A DNA stretch of 28,285 nt. It comes from an uncultured Chloroflexia bacterium (lineage in GTDB: Bacteria; Chloroflexota; Limnocylindria; Limnocylindrales; CSP1-4). How positions within the stretch are numbered: position 1 is the stretch's first letter; each line of letters begins with the position of its first letter. A program made the translations under genes and the position numbers. Positions 8,284-20,357 of this stretch are shown here, piece by piece. The DNA lies in the NCBI GenBank assembly GCA_963748625.1, contig CAVVJT010000001.1:1-28285 (forward strand), in the 5' to 3' direction. The notes beneath the pieces were generated by a model. The model was given only the letters and a program-made list of their open reading frames with translations. It did not search any database and had not been told where the DNA came from.

Positions 8284-10743
8284 TCAGGGCACCCCACCGA
8301 GCAGCAGGCGGCTGATGCTCCAGGCCTCGGACTCGCTTCCCTTGCACCGGACCCGCACCGGTCCCGGGCGACTGGGGTCGAACGGGGCGGTGATCCGCGT
8401 GACCCGTCCGCCGGTCACGGCCAGGTACAGGAGTCCGACCAAGGGCGAGAGCAGGATCGCCAGCACGCAGCCGAGCCCGAGGTCCCGCCCGACCTCCACG
8501 GCCGCCACCTCGCGGACCGGGAACACCGCCACGTGGACGACCCGGTAGCGCTCCAGCCAGGCGCGCCCGGCGACCACCACCAGCAGCCAGGCGCCGAGCA
8601 GCGCGAGGAGTCCGGTGGCCAGCCCGCCCGGTACGGCGCCTCCCGGCGCGAGCATGGCCCCGGCGATCGCCGGGACCAGGAGCCCGGCACCGCTGAGCAG
8701 CACGAGGGCCCGGTACTGGTGACGTGCCGCCGGGTCGAGCAGCTCCGTCCGGGCGGTGACCATCCCATCGACGACATCCAGCCAGACACGTCCACGGGCC
8801 GCGCCGTCGGCAGTCCCGATCGACACCCAGGAAGCACCTGCCGGGAGGCGGCCCGGAGACACCATCGCGACGGATGCCCCGTGGACTGGAGCCGCCGGGA
8901 CTGGCGGGACCATGGGGCTCGATGTCGCCTGCGGCAGGTACGGGGCTTGCGGTGCGCTCACCGTCGCCGGTGCGACCGGGGCTGGCGGTGCGACCAGGCC
9001 CTGCGGCCCGGCTTCCTGCGGCCCCGATGCCGACGCCACCCGGTCCACCAGCCATGCCACACCGGTGACCATCGAGAACGCGAGCACCAGGCCCATCGTG
9101 ACCTGCACGTTGCGGTTCGCGAGCGCCATCGCCGGATCGCCCTGCGGGTTGAGCAGCGTGTGGAAGAAGAGGAAGGTCGCCCCGCCCGTCGCAAGGAGCC
9201 AGGCCACGCGGCTTCGCTCGCGCAGCATGTCGCCCGCCGATCCTCGGAACCCCACCAGCGCGACGAACAGGTTCTGCAGCGCCGACGCGAACACCAGCAG
9301 GAGCATCGCCTCGATCCCCGCGAGGCCGTTGGCCAGCCCGCCGTCTCGGGCGAGCGCCGTTGTCACCATCGTGATCGCCCATGCGACGCCGCCCACGGCC
9401 GCGAGCACCGCCACCCCGATCACCGCGAGGCGCCGCGCCCGGGTAGCACCAAGCTCCGCGTCGTCGAGCCGCAGCGCTTCCGGCGTCCCGAACATGAGCC
9501 CCGGCACGACGGCGGCAACCCTGGACACCCCGACCGACCCGGCGGCCAGCAGCAGCGTCGTCGGCCGCACCGACAACGACGCTGCGACGCCCCACCGCCG
9601 CGCGACGGCCCACGCGACGAGATCGTCGCCCACGCCCACGAGTCCGTTGGCCACAGTGAACGACAGGAGCAGCCAGATCCCGGTGATCGTGAGCGGCTCC
9701 CAGCCGGGTTCCAGCAGCGAGAACACCAGTCCGTAGAACAGCGTGACGACCACGAGCGCGGTTACGTCACGCAGGCGGCGGCGCCGGATCCGCCCGGTCG
9801 TCGCCGTCCCGATCCGCGCCTCGAAACGAGCCAGCACCCCGACGCCCGGGACCCGTGCGGCGATTGACGCCTCGTGCCGCGCGAGGAGCCTCGAAGCCAC
9901 CTTCGACGAGATCGTGAGCAACAGGAGCGCGAGCGCGGCGAGCAGGAGGTTCGTGCCCACCACGGCAGGGTCGGTACTCACGTCGAGCGGACTCGGGATG
10001 TGGGTGGTGATCACCGGCACAAGGGGTCCGGCCGGACGGTAGACCGGGGCCTCGGAGCCCACCGCTGCAGCCAGCCGTGCGTCGAGGATGCCCGCGACCT
10101 CGGCAAGGGACGTGACCGGCTCGACGCCCTCGGTCCACGCGTGGCCCACGACCGCGAGGACGGGGCCGCGCCGAGCCGCGACCGCCCGGTACTCCACGCC
10201 GAGGTCGGGCATGTGGATGGCGACCGCGAAGCTGCTCACACCGGCACGTACGCCGGCGATCATCTCGACCTCGGCGTCACCCATCGTTGCAGCCACGGCA
10301 TCCTGGACGAGACGGTCCGCCTGCTGCACCGTGGCGTCGAAGGCTGCCTGGTCGCCAGCCGCCAGCGGCCCGAGGAGCACCGCGGTCACGAACTCGGCCC
10401 CTGACTCCGTCCGGCGCTCGAGGACCATGGCGTTGTGGTCGCCAGCTCCAGGCGAGTCGCGGAGGCCGCCTGCGAGCGCATGTGCCAGCGACGTGAAGGA
10501 GTCCACGTCTGCCGCGCTCGGGGAGAAGCCCGCAGGAAGGTCGTCGGCCGTGATGACGACCGGGCTGAGATCCGGCAGTGTGGCCGGCGTGGGCGCGGGA
10601 GAGGGATCGGCGCCGAGGACCGGGGACGCACCCGCGAGGGCGATCGCGCCTGCCAGCAGCACCGCCCGAACAGTGGCCGCCCGCGCGACGGGCAGCGCGT
10701 CGCCGCCCACGAGACCCTGGCGCAGCAGTTGGCGGATGTCCAC
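8284..10743 (-). CDS. Large multi-pass membrane protein with N-terminal exported domain (resembles FGLLP-motif membrane proteins), ~819 aa
   Basis: Probable GTG start at 10743 with GGAG upstream, then a signal-like AVLLAGAIALAGASPVLG, a ~200-aa soluble domain, ~9 hydrophobic segments including PGLMFG, a Pro/Ala linker and a further ~3 TM segments. Family assignment is from memory of motif style. Start uncertain. Confidence 0.6.
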   Translation of the reverse strand: MDIRQLLRQGLVGGDALPVARAATVRAVLLAGAIALAGASPVLGADPSPAPTPATLPDLSPVVITADDLPAGFSPSAADVDSFTSLAHALAGGLRDSPGAGDHNAMVLERRTESGAEFVTAVLLGPLAAGDQAAFDATVQQADRLVQDAVAATMGDAEVEMIAGVRAGVSSFAVAIHMPDLGVEYRAVAARRGPVLAVVGHAWTEGVEPVTSLAEVAGILDARLAAAVGSEAPVYRPAGPLVPVITTHIPSPLDVSTDPAVVGTNLLLAALALLLLTISSKVASRLLARHEASIAARVPGVGVLARFEARIGTATTGRIRRRRLRDVTALVVVTLFYGLVFSLLEPGWEPLTITGIWLLLSFTVANGLVGVGDDLVAWAVARRWGVAASLSVRPTTLLLAAGSVGVSRVAAVVPGLMFGTPEALRLDDAELGATRARRLAVIGVAVLAAVGGVAWAITMVTTALARDGGLANGLAGIEAMLLLVFASALQNLFVALVGFRGSAGDMLRERSRVAWLLATGGATFLFFHTLLNPQGDPAMALANRNVQVTMGLVLAFSMVTGVAWLVDRVASASGPQEAGPQGLVAPPAPVAPATVSAPQAPYLPQATSSPMVPPVPAAPVHGASVAMVSPGRLPAGASWVSIGTADGAARGRVWLDVVDGMVTARTELLDPAARHQYRALVLLSGAGLLVPAIAGAMLAPGGAVPGGLATGLLALLGAWLLVVVAGRAWLERYRVVHVAVFPVREVAAVEVGRDLGLGCVLAILLSPLVGLLYLAVTGGRVTRITAPFDPSRPGPVRVRCKGSESEAWSISRLLLGGVP

Positions 10744-10935
10744 CGGCGTCTCCGGGCCGCGCGCGACCGGACCCCTGCCGGCCAGCATGCGGATCGTGCG
10801 CCGCCCGCGCCCGCCGGGACAGGGCCGTCCGCCCTGCAACGAGGGCCGCATCGCACCTTGGTCCCGGCGCGGCGCGGCGCAATGCTTGGGTTGGCTGCAG
10901 TCCGTCGCGCGCCAACAGCCGCCAGGGAGAGGCCG

Positions 10936-11829
10936 ATGCTGCCGGTCGTCGCCGCCGTCGCGCCCGCGTGTGGCGGTTGCGGGCGCCCCCCCGGACCCGG
11001 TGACCGGTTCTGTGCGGGCTGCGGGGGCCATCTCGAGTCGGCCGCGCAATCTGCGCCACCGGTGCCGGTCTCCTCGCCACGGGTGCCGGTCTCTGCGCCA
11101 CCGGTGCCGGTCTCCTCGCCGCCGGCGCCGCCAGGACCCCCTGGAGCGGCGACCGCGCCGCCGGCCTCGCCTCCCCCACGTCCGGTGTCGGCGTCGCCAG
11201 GCGTGCCCGGTCCCCAGGTGTCCGTCGGCGGCGTGCCCTCGTCGGTCGGGCGGCGCGCGTCGGGCATTGGCTGGGTCGGTGTCGTGGCCGTTGCGCTGCT
11301 GTTTGCGGTCGGAAGCTCGGCCGTGGTGGTCGCGGGACTCGGGGAGACCCGGCCTCGGCGGATCGCGCCCACACCGGGAGCCGCTGCCCCTGCCGACCCG
11401 GACGGTATCCCCGCCGCCGTTGTCGACGACCGCCTGTTCGACGGCAGCTCCGTCGTCGCGGACGAGCCGTTCACCATCCGTGTCGCAGCCGCCAACCCGG
11501 CGTCGAGGGCCACCGACCCGGTGTGGCTCGTCCTGGAGTGGCGGCCCGCCGACGCCGATCCAGGTCAGGCAGCCGACGGCACCGTCATCGCGTGCGATCC
11601 GGCCGACTGCATGTCGAGCGACGATCCCGACGCCCACCGGACCGCCGTCCGCTGGCCGGGCCTCCCTCCCGGGACGGAGACGACCTACGAGGTGACGGTC
11701 CAGGTGACCGGCATCGAGCCCGGCGACACCTTCCGCTACCACGCGACCGCCGGATCCGGATCACGGCCGGACGCCATCGACGCCGGGAGCGCCTGGACCC
11801 TCGAGCTCGCCGTGGAGGCGCAGGAATAG
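10936..11829 (+). CDS. Zinc-ribbon domain single-pass membrane protein, ~297 aa
   Basis: CGGC...RFCAGCG zinc ribbon, a Pro-rich linker, TM segment WVGVVAVALLFAVGSSAVVVAGL and a beta-rich C-terminal domain. GGAGAGG RBS before ATG 10936. Confidence 0.7.
   Translation: MLPVVAAVAPACGGCGRPPGPGDRFCAGCGGHLESAAQSAPPVPVSSPRVPVSAPPVPVSSPPAPPGPPGAATAPPASPPPRPVSASPGVPGPQVSVGGVPSSVGRRASGIGWVGVVAVALLFAVGSSAVVVAGLGETRPRRIAPTPGAAAPADPDGIPAAVVDDRLFDGSSVVADEPFTIRVAAANPASRATDPVWLVLEWRPADADPGQAADGTVIACDPADCMSSDDPDAHRTAVRWPGLPPGTETTYEVTVQVTGIEPGDTFRYHATAGSGSRPDAIDAGSAWTLELAVEAQE
11050..11129 (+). repeat. In-frame 21-bp tandem repeat (S-A/S-P-P/R-V-P-V) x ~3.8
   Basis: Units at 11050, 11071, 11092 and a partial unit at 11113. 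Units 1 and 3 are identical. Confidence 0.85.
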
Positions 11830-11859
11830 GCCGCAACGCCGCGGCACATGGAGGCAGGC

Positions 11860-13095
11860 ATGGACGACCACGCGACCAAGGGGACGGGACGTCGGGGCGA
11901 CCCCGTGCTGCGGATCGCCTGCGCGCTGCTCCTGCTGCTCGCGCCCCTCGCGTGCGACGACGCGACCGACGGCGTCACCGGCGACCCGGGCAACGTCGGC
12001 CAGACCATTGGCCCGGGGGCGTCGTCGGCGACCGGCGGTGGAGGCGGCAGTCAGGCCGGCGAAGGCTCCCTGGACGAGCTGCTCGCGGCCCTGGCGAGTG
12101 GCGACACGTGGGATCGTGTTGCGGCGATCGGCGGGCTCGCGGACCTCGGCGATGCGGCCGCCGTCCCGGCGGTGAGCGCGGCGCTGGCCGACGAATCGTG
12201 GGACGTGCGCCTCGCTGCGGCGACGGCGTTGGCTGACTTGGGCGACGAGCGCGCCGTGGACGGACTGGTGGCCCTGCTGGGCGAGGCGCTCGACCTCTCC
12301 GGCGTCGATCCGGCCGACCAGCCGACGGCTGAGGAGACAGCCGGTGCCGTGGTCGACGCCCTCGGAGCGATCGGTGATCCCGGTCCGGCCGGATCCCTAG
12401 CGGCAATCCTGGCCAAGGAGACGCCTGCCGTGGACGCGGACCGGGTGAGCGCCGCTCTCGTGGCGATCGGGCCGGATGGGATCCCTGGCATCCGGCGCGC
12501 GATCCGCGATGCCTCTCCATCCGGCGCCGCCCGGATCGTCGCGGTGCTGGGCGGGTTTGGACGGCCCGCGCTCGACGCACTCGCGGACCTCGTGCGCGAC
12601 AAGCGGACAGCCATCCGGGTCGCTGCCGCCGGAGCACTCGGGGGCCTCGATTCCGATGCGGTCCCGGTCCTGCTCAAGGCCCTCAAGGACGGCTCCGACG
12701 ACGTGCGGGTCGCCGCGGCACGCTCGCTCGGGAGCATCGGGAGCCCCAAGGCCACCGAGGGCCTTGTGCGCCTGCTGTCCGACAGCGACACCCGGCGGGC
12801 TGCGGTTGGCGCGCTGGTGAAGATCCACCGGGGCAACGCGACGCCGCTCGTGAAGTACCTCGGCGACAAGGACACCGTGCAGGTCTACCGCCCGCTCATC
12901 AAGATCGGGCAGGACAATACGGTTGGAGCCCTCGCGAAGGCGCTCAAGCGCTACGGGACCAAGACGATGGGCGAGACGTATCTCAATTGCGGCCAGCCTC
13001 GGCTGGAGAAGGCCGCGAAGGAGTGGGCCGCTGACCACGGCTACATCGTCGTCCCGAGTGGCTTCGCGGGCGAGGAGGCCTGGGGCGTGCCCTGA
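11860..13095 (+). CDS. HEAT-repeat (PBS lyase-like) putative lipoprotein, ~411 aa
   Basis: GGAGG before ATG 11860 (alternative start 11848), hydrophobic stretch ending in lipobox-like PLAC, and many L-x-D...VRxAAAxALGxLG repeats. Confidence 0.75.
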   Translation: MDDHATKGTGRRGDPVLRIACALLLLLAPLACDDATDGVTGDPGNVGQTIGPGASSATGGGGGSQAGEGSLDELLAALASGDTWDRVAAIGGLADLGDAAAVPAVSAALADESWDVRLAAATALADLGDERAVDGLVALLGEALDLSGVDPADQPTAEETAGAVVDALGAIGDPGPAGSLAAILAKETPAVDADRVSAALVAIGPDGIPGIRRAIRDASPSGAARIVAVLGGFGRPALDALADLVRDKRTAIRVAAAGALGGLDSDAVPVLLKALKDGSDDVRVAAARSLGSIGSPKATEGLVRLLSDSDTRRAAVGALVKIHRGNATPLVKYLGDKDTVQVYRPLIKIGQDNTVGALAKALKRYGTKTMGETYLNCGQPRLEKAAKEWAADHGYIVVPSGFAGEEAWGVP

Positions 13096-13106
13096 TCGGC
13101 GCGTGC

Positions 13107-15359
13107 TCAGTGGCGGAAGTGGCGCCGACCGGTCACCAGCATCGCGGCGCCCGCCTTCTCGACGTCCGCGAGGACCTCGGCGTCGCGCATCGAGCCGCCC
13201 GGCTGGACGATCGCGCTGACCCCGGCTTCGAGCAGGACGCGCGGGCCGTCCGGGAAGGGAAAGAATGCGTCCGAGGCGGCCACCGCGCCGGTCGCGCCCG
13301 CCTCGCCCTGGAAGGTCCGTGCCTTCTCCACCGCGCCGCGGCAGGCGTCCACGCGCGAGACCTGGCCTGAGCCGAGGCCCACGAGCATCCCGTCGCGCAC
13401 CAGCAGGATCGCGTTCGACACCACGCCGCGGCAGAGACGCCAGGCGAGGTCGAGGTCCGCCAGCTCGCGCGCCGTGGGCTGGCGTGACGTCGTGCACACC
13501 CACTCGGCGGCGTCATCGGGGAGCGTGTCGGGCGCCGTCACGAGCACGCCGCCGCCCGCCGTCCGGAACGAGCCCAGCCAGTCCACAGCGGTCGCCGAGC
13601 CACGCGACGCGTCCGCGTCGAGCGAGGGATCGACCACGAGTCGCAGGTTCGGCTTGGAGGCCAGCACCTCCCGCGCGCCCTCGTCGAACGCCGGGGCGAC
13701 CACGACCTCCAGGAAGATCGACGTCAGCCGCTCGGCCAGCGCCCGGTCCACGGTGCCGGTGATCGCCACCACGCCCCCGAACGCCGACACGGGGTCGCCC
13801 GCCAGCGCCGCCTCCCAGGCCTCGAGCAGGGTGGGCCGCTCCGCGGCGCCGCAGGGGTTGGTGTGCTTGACGATGACCACCGCAGGCCCGCGCATCAGGC
13901 GCCCGAGTGCCGCCGCCGCCGACGCGTCGAGCACGTTGTTGTACGAGAGCGCCTTGCCCTGGAGCGGCGGCTCACCGCTGGTGAACGGGCCCTCACCGAT
14001 GCGCGGCTCGCGGTCGGTGCGCCTGTAGCGGGCGGCAGGCTGGTGGGGGTTCTCGCCATACCGGAGGGTCTCCACCTTCTCCAGCGAGATCGTCAGGACC
14101 GGCGGGTACGGGTCCTCGGCGCCGGGCAGGCCCGGGTCCGGCGGGAGAGGCACGCCGGCCTCGAACATCCGGCACGGCAGCTCCGCCGCGATCCGGGCGT
14201 CATACGCCGCGGTGTGCCGGAACGCCTCGACCGCCAGGGCGGAGCGCAGGCCGAGCGGGACGGACCCGTGCTCATCGAGGGCCGCAAGGACGGCGCCATA
14301 CCGGGAGGGCGACGTGACGATCGCGACCGACGCATGGTTCTTGGCGGCGGCGCGGACCATGGACGGCCCGCCGATGTCGATCTCCTCCACCAGCTCGTCG
14401 AACGTGATCCCGGGCCTGCGCGCGGCGGCGGCGAACGGGTAGAGGTTGACGACGACGAGGTCGAAGGGCGCGATGCCGGCCGCCAGCAGGGCCTCGCGGT
14501 GGTCCGCGCGCCGGCGGTCGGCGAGGAGGCCGGCATGGACGCGGGGGTGGAGCGTCTTCACGCGGCCGTCGAGCATCTCCGGAAAGCCGGTGACGGCCGC
14601 GACGTCGGTGACTGGCAGGCCGGACTCGCGCAGGGCGCGTGCGGTACCACCCGTGGACACGAGCTCCCAGCCGCGGGCGATGAGACCACGACCCAAGTCC
14701 ACCAGGCCGGTCTTGTCGGAGACCGACAGGAGGGCGCGACGCGGGACGGGCATGGCGGCATCGGCGATGGCAGCCGAGAACGAGGCGCGCCGCGCGCCCG
14801 GTTCGACCGTGATGGCACCAGCGAGCAGGCCCGCGACGGCGCCGGGGAGCAGCCGGTGCTCGACGGGGTGGGTTCGCTCGGCCAGCGTCTCCTCGGTGTC
14901 GCCCGGCAGGACCGGGACCGCCTCCTGGGCCACGATCGGTCCGCCATCGAGCGTGGCATCGACAAGGTGCACGGTCACCCCGGTGACGGCCACACCGGCC
15001 GCAAGGGCGTCGGCGATGCCGTGAAGCCCGGGGAACGACGGCAGCAGCGACGGATGCACGTTGAGGATCCGCCCGCCGAAGCGTGCCAGGACCTCGGGCC
15101 CGACCAGGCGCAGGTAGCCGGCGAGCACCACGACGTCGGGGGCGACGACCTCAAGCGTCTCGCCCAGGATCGCGTCATTGCCACCGGGGACCACGATCGT
15201 GTCGATCCCCTGCTCCGCCGCCCAGTCGAGGCCCGCGCACGGGCGGTCGGCGAATACGAGGACCACGTCCCCGCCGAGCTCGCCGCGCCGCGCGGCCGCC
15301 ACCAGCGCCCGCAGGTTGGAGCCGGTCCCGCTCACCCCGACCGCGATCGTCCCGCTCAC
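13107..15359 (-). CDS. purH: Fused phosphoribosylglycinamide formyltransferase (PurN) + bifunctional AICAR transformylase/IMP cyclohydrolase (PurH), ~750 aa
   Basis: GTG 15359 overlaps the purM stop. PurN motifs SGTGSNL, LAGYLR, NVHPSLLP, LDGGP continue without a stop into PurH motifs ALLSVSDK, GRVKTLHP, IDIGGP, LRYGENPHQ, KHTNPCG, ASDAFFPF, RHFRH. Confidence 0.93.
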   Translation of the reverse strand: MSGTIAVGVSGTGSNLRALVAAARRGELGGDVVLVFADRPCAGLDWAAEQGIDTIVVPGGNDAILGETLEVVAPDVVVLAGYLRLVGPEVLARFGGRILNVHPSLLPSFPGLHGIADALAAGVAVTGVTVHLVDATLDGGPIVAQEAVPVLPGDTEETLAERTHPVEHRLLPGAVAGLLAGAITVEPGARRASFSAAIADAAMPVPRRALLSVSDKTGLVDLGRGLIARGWELVSTGGTARALRESGLPVTDVAAVTGFPEMLDGRVKTLHPRVHAGLLADRRRADHREALLAAGIAPFDLVVVNLYPFAAAARRPGITFDELVEEIDIGGPSMVRAAAKNHASVAIVTSPSRYGAVLAALDEHGSVPLGLRSALAVEAFRHTAAYDARIAAELPCRMFEAGVPLPPDPGLPGAEDPYPPVLTISLEKVETLRYGENPHQPAARYRRTDREPRIGEGPFTSGEPPLQGKALSYNNVLDASAAAALGRLMRGPAVVIVKHTNPCGAAERPTLLEAWEAALAGDPVSAFGGVVAITGTVDRALAERLTSIFLEVVVAPAFDEGAREVLASKPNLRLVVDPSLDADASRGSATAVDWLGSFRTAGGGVLVTAPDTLPDDAAEWVCTTSRQPTARELADLDLAWRLCRGVVSNAILLVRDGMLVGLGSGQVSRVDACRGAVEKARTFQGEAGATGAVAASDAFFPFPDGPRVLLEAGVSAIVQPGGSMRDAEVLADVEKAGAAMLVTGRRHFRH

Positions 15360-16530
15360 CGCCCCATCTCCCGCATCGGCCAGTCCAGGGTGCGCGCCGT
15401 GTCGATCTCCGCGTAGCGCCCGCCGATCGCGGACGCCTCGACCACCTCGCCGATCGTCCAGGCCTTGATCCCCAGGCCCTTGAGGATCTCCACGGCGGCA
15501 TTCGCTGCCTCGGACGGCACCACCGCGATCATCCCGATCCCCGCATTGAACGTGGCGCGCAGCTCGGCGTCGCCGATGTGCCCGAGCGCGCCCAGCACCC
15601 GGAACACCGCGGGCATCGTCCACGACGAGATGTCCACGCGGGCACCCAGGTGCTCCGGCAGCGCCCGCGGCACGTTGCCTGGCAGTCCGCCGCCGGTGAT
15701 GTGGGCGAACCCGCGCACCTCGTGTCCGGCCGCCTCGAAGGTCGTGCGCATCGTGAGCAACTGCTTCGCGTAGACCTTCGTCGGTGTGAGCAGCACGTCG
15801 CCCAGCGTCGCGTCGATGAGCTCGGGCGCCTCGAGCAGCTCGAGGCTGGACAACGAGCACCCCAGCGCCCGGCACGCGAGACCGCCCCACGGCTGGGAGA
15901 GGTCGAGCCGCTGGTCCGCGATGATCCGCCGCACCAGCGAGTACCCGTTGGCATGCAGTCCCGACGAGGCCATGCCCACGATCAGGTCGCCCGCCTTCGC
16001 AGCCGACCCGTCGAGCAGCCGCGAGCGCTCCCCCACCCCGGTGCAGAAGCCGGCCAGGTCGAACTCGTCGGGCTTCATGAGACCCGGGTGCTCCGCGGTC
16101 TCCCCACCCACGAGCGCGGCACCGGCCTGGCGGCAGCCCTCCGCGATGCCGGCAACCAGCGCGGCGACCCGCTCCGGGTCCAGCCTCCCGATCGCGATGT
16201 AGTCCAGGAACGCCACCGGCTCCGCGCCCGTGCAGGCGACGTCGTCCGCGCACATCGCCACGAGGTCGATGCCGATGGTGTCGTAGCGCCCGACGGCTGC
16301 GGCGATCGCGGTCTTCGTGCCCACACCGTCCGTGGACGACACGATGACCGGCTCGCGGTACCCGGCCGGGATCGTGAACCCCGAGCCGAACCCGCCGAGA
16401 CCGCCCAGGATCTCCGGGCGCCGCGTGGAGGCCACCGATGCGCGCATGAGCTCCACTGTCCGCTCGCCCGCCTCGACATCGACGCCCGAGGCCGCGTAGG
16501 CGGACCGGTCGGCCGACCCCTTCGCGCCGC

Positions 16531-16534
<4 letters not shown>
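15356..16534 (-). CDS. purM: Phosphoribosylformylglycinamidine cyclo-ligase (AIR synthetase), 392 aa
   Basis: YAASGVD, STDGVGTK, DLVAMC, GGETAEHPG, SSGLHANGYSL, AHITGGG, TFNAGIG. Confidence 0.97.
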
Positions 16535-17972
<1,438 letters not shown>

Positions 17973-17973
<1 letters not shown>

Positions 17974-20357
17974 CAGCCGGCCACCTCGGCACCCGGGAGT
18001 GCGGCATCGGCGACGTGGTCGTCGGCGCCTGACCCCTCCCACCCGAGCGCGCGCGGGAGCCCGTGCTCCCAGGCATGCCGGAGCTCGGCCACGCTGACCT
18101 CGAGCGCGTCCGCCAGGCGGCTCCCCCGATCCTCCGCCGCGCCCGTGGCGCCCTCGCCGGCCAGGCCGATCTGCAGGTGTGTGCCGCCGGTGGTCCCGAT
18201 GGCGGCCATGTGCAGCCCGAACTGCCGGCCAAGCAGCTCGAACGCGGGCACGTGGCGCGGCGCGACCTCGCACACCAGCCGGCTGGGGCTCTCCCCGAAG
18301 AGGGCCACCGCTGGCGAGTCGCCCACGGGGAGGCGCAGCGTCGCGCCGCGGGCGCCCCAGATGCACATCTCCGCGACGGCGACGGCGAAGCCGCCTGCCG
18401 ACACGTCCTGGCAGGCCTCGACGAGACCCCGGTCGATGGCCTCCCGGATGAACTGCTGGGTGCGCTTCTCGAGATCAAGGTCCAGGTGCGGCGGTCCGTC
18501 CCCGGGGGCGCCACCTGCGAGACGCTCGTACTCGGAGCCCGCCAGACCCGGCCCCGCCTGGCCCACGAGCAGCACGGCGTTGTCGTCCGCGGTGAACGAC
18601 GGCCCGACGCGCTTGGCGATGTCCGCGAGCAGGCCCACGATCCCGATCTCCGGCGTCGGCGCGATCGCCGAGCCCGGGGCCTCGTTGTAGAGCGAGACGT
18701 TGCCGCCCGTGACCGGGAGGCCCAGCGCGGTGCATGCGTCGGCGAGACCGCGAACCCCCTCGGCCAGGAACCAGAAGGCCTCGGGCCGGGTGGGGTCGCC
18801 GTAGTTCAGGCAGTTAGTGACGCCCAGCGGACGGGCGCCCGTGATCGACACGTTGCGCGTCGCCTCGGCCACGGACATCGCGGCGCCCAGCCACGGGTCC
18901 AGGGCACCCACGGGCGCATTGCCATCCGTGGTGGCGACGAGCGCCTTGGTGGTGCCCTTGATGCGCAGCACCGCGGCGCCCTTGCCGGGGGCCGCGACGG
19001 TGTTGGACTGGACGTTGGAGTCGTACTGCTCGAAGACCGGGTGGCGGGAGCTCAGGTTCGGCGAGCCGATGAGCGCGGTGAGCACGGCGCCCGGGTCCTG
19101 GCCGCGGAGCGGCAGGTGGTCGACGGGCTCCGCGGGGGAGCCGGGGGCCGGGGCTGCGCGGCGGCGCGACGGCGCGCGCGACTCGCGATTGAAGACGATC
19201 GCCTCGGACGCGAGCGCGCGGGCGGGCATGCGGCCGAGCTCGATGGCGCCTGGGACGGGGTTGCCGTCGGCGTCGAGGGCGCCGGAGCCGTCGGGCGCCG
19301 TGAGCACGACGATGTCCGGCTCCTCGGTGACCCGGCCGATGATCGCCACGGGCAGGTCCCATCTCTCGCAGACGGCCTTGACGGCCTCCCAGCGGTGGGG
19401 CTCCACGATCGCGACCATGCGCTCCTGTGACTCGGAGATCATGACCTCGAAGGGCTCCAGGCCGGGCTCCCGGCGCGGGATGGCGTCGAGGTCCACCAGG
19501 ATCCCGGTCCCGCCGCGATCGGCGGTCTCGCAGGTGGCGCAGGTGATCCCGGCCGCACCCAGGTCCTGGATGGAGACCGCGAGGCCCTTGGCGATGATCT
19601 CGAGGGTCGCCTCGATCAGGAGCTTCTCGGCGAAGGGGTCGCCGACCTGGACCGACGGGCGCTTGCTCGGGTCCTGGTCGCCGAAGGTCGCACTCGCCAG
19701 GACGGAGGCCCCGCCGATGCCGTCGCGGCCGGTGGCGCTGCCGTACAGGACGACGAGGTTGCCCGGGCCGTCGGCGGAGGCGTGCATGAGCATGCCGTCC
19801 TCGAGCAGGCCGATGGCCATCACGTTGACCAGCGGGTTGCCCTGGTATGACGGGTCGAAGACGAGCTCGCCGCCCACGGTGGGCACGCCGACGCAGTTGC
19901 CGTAGCCGCCGACACCGCGCACGACGCCGTCCACGAGGTGACGCGTCCTCGCGTCCGACGGATCGCCGAAGCGGAGCGCGTCGAGCACCGCGATCGGGCG
20001 GGCGCCCATGGCGAAGATGTCGCGCAGGATCCCGCCCACGCCGGTGGCCGCACCCTGGTAGGGCTCGACCGCGGACGGGTGGTTGTGACTCTCGATCTTG
20101 AAGGCCACGGCGAGCCCGTCGCCGATGGCGATGACACCGGCCTGCTCGCCGACGCCCGCGACCACGTCCTCGCCCTTCGTGGGCAGCGTCTTGAGCAGCG
20201 GCCTGGAGCTCTTGTACGAGCAGTGCTCCGACCACATGACGCTGAACATCGCCAGCTCGAGGCCGTTGGGCTCGCGGCCTTCGAGCTTCCCGCGGATCGC
20301 CTCGAGCTCCTCGTCGGTCAGCCCGAGCACCCGGTGGAGCGGCATCCCGGCGGTCAT
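17973..20357 (-). CDS. purL: Phosphoribosylformylglycinamidine synthase subunit PurL (small type), ~794 aa
   Basis: [49 protein letters not shown]. Start ATG 20357 overlaps the purQ stop. Confidence 0.97.
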
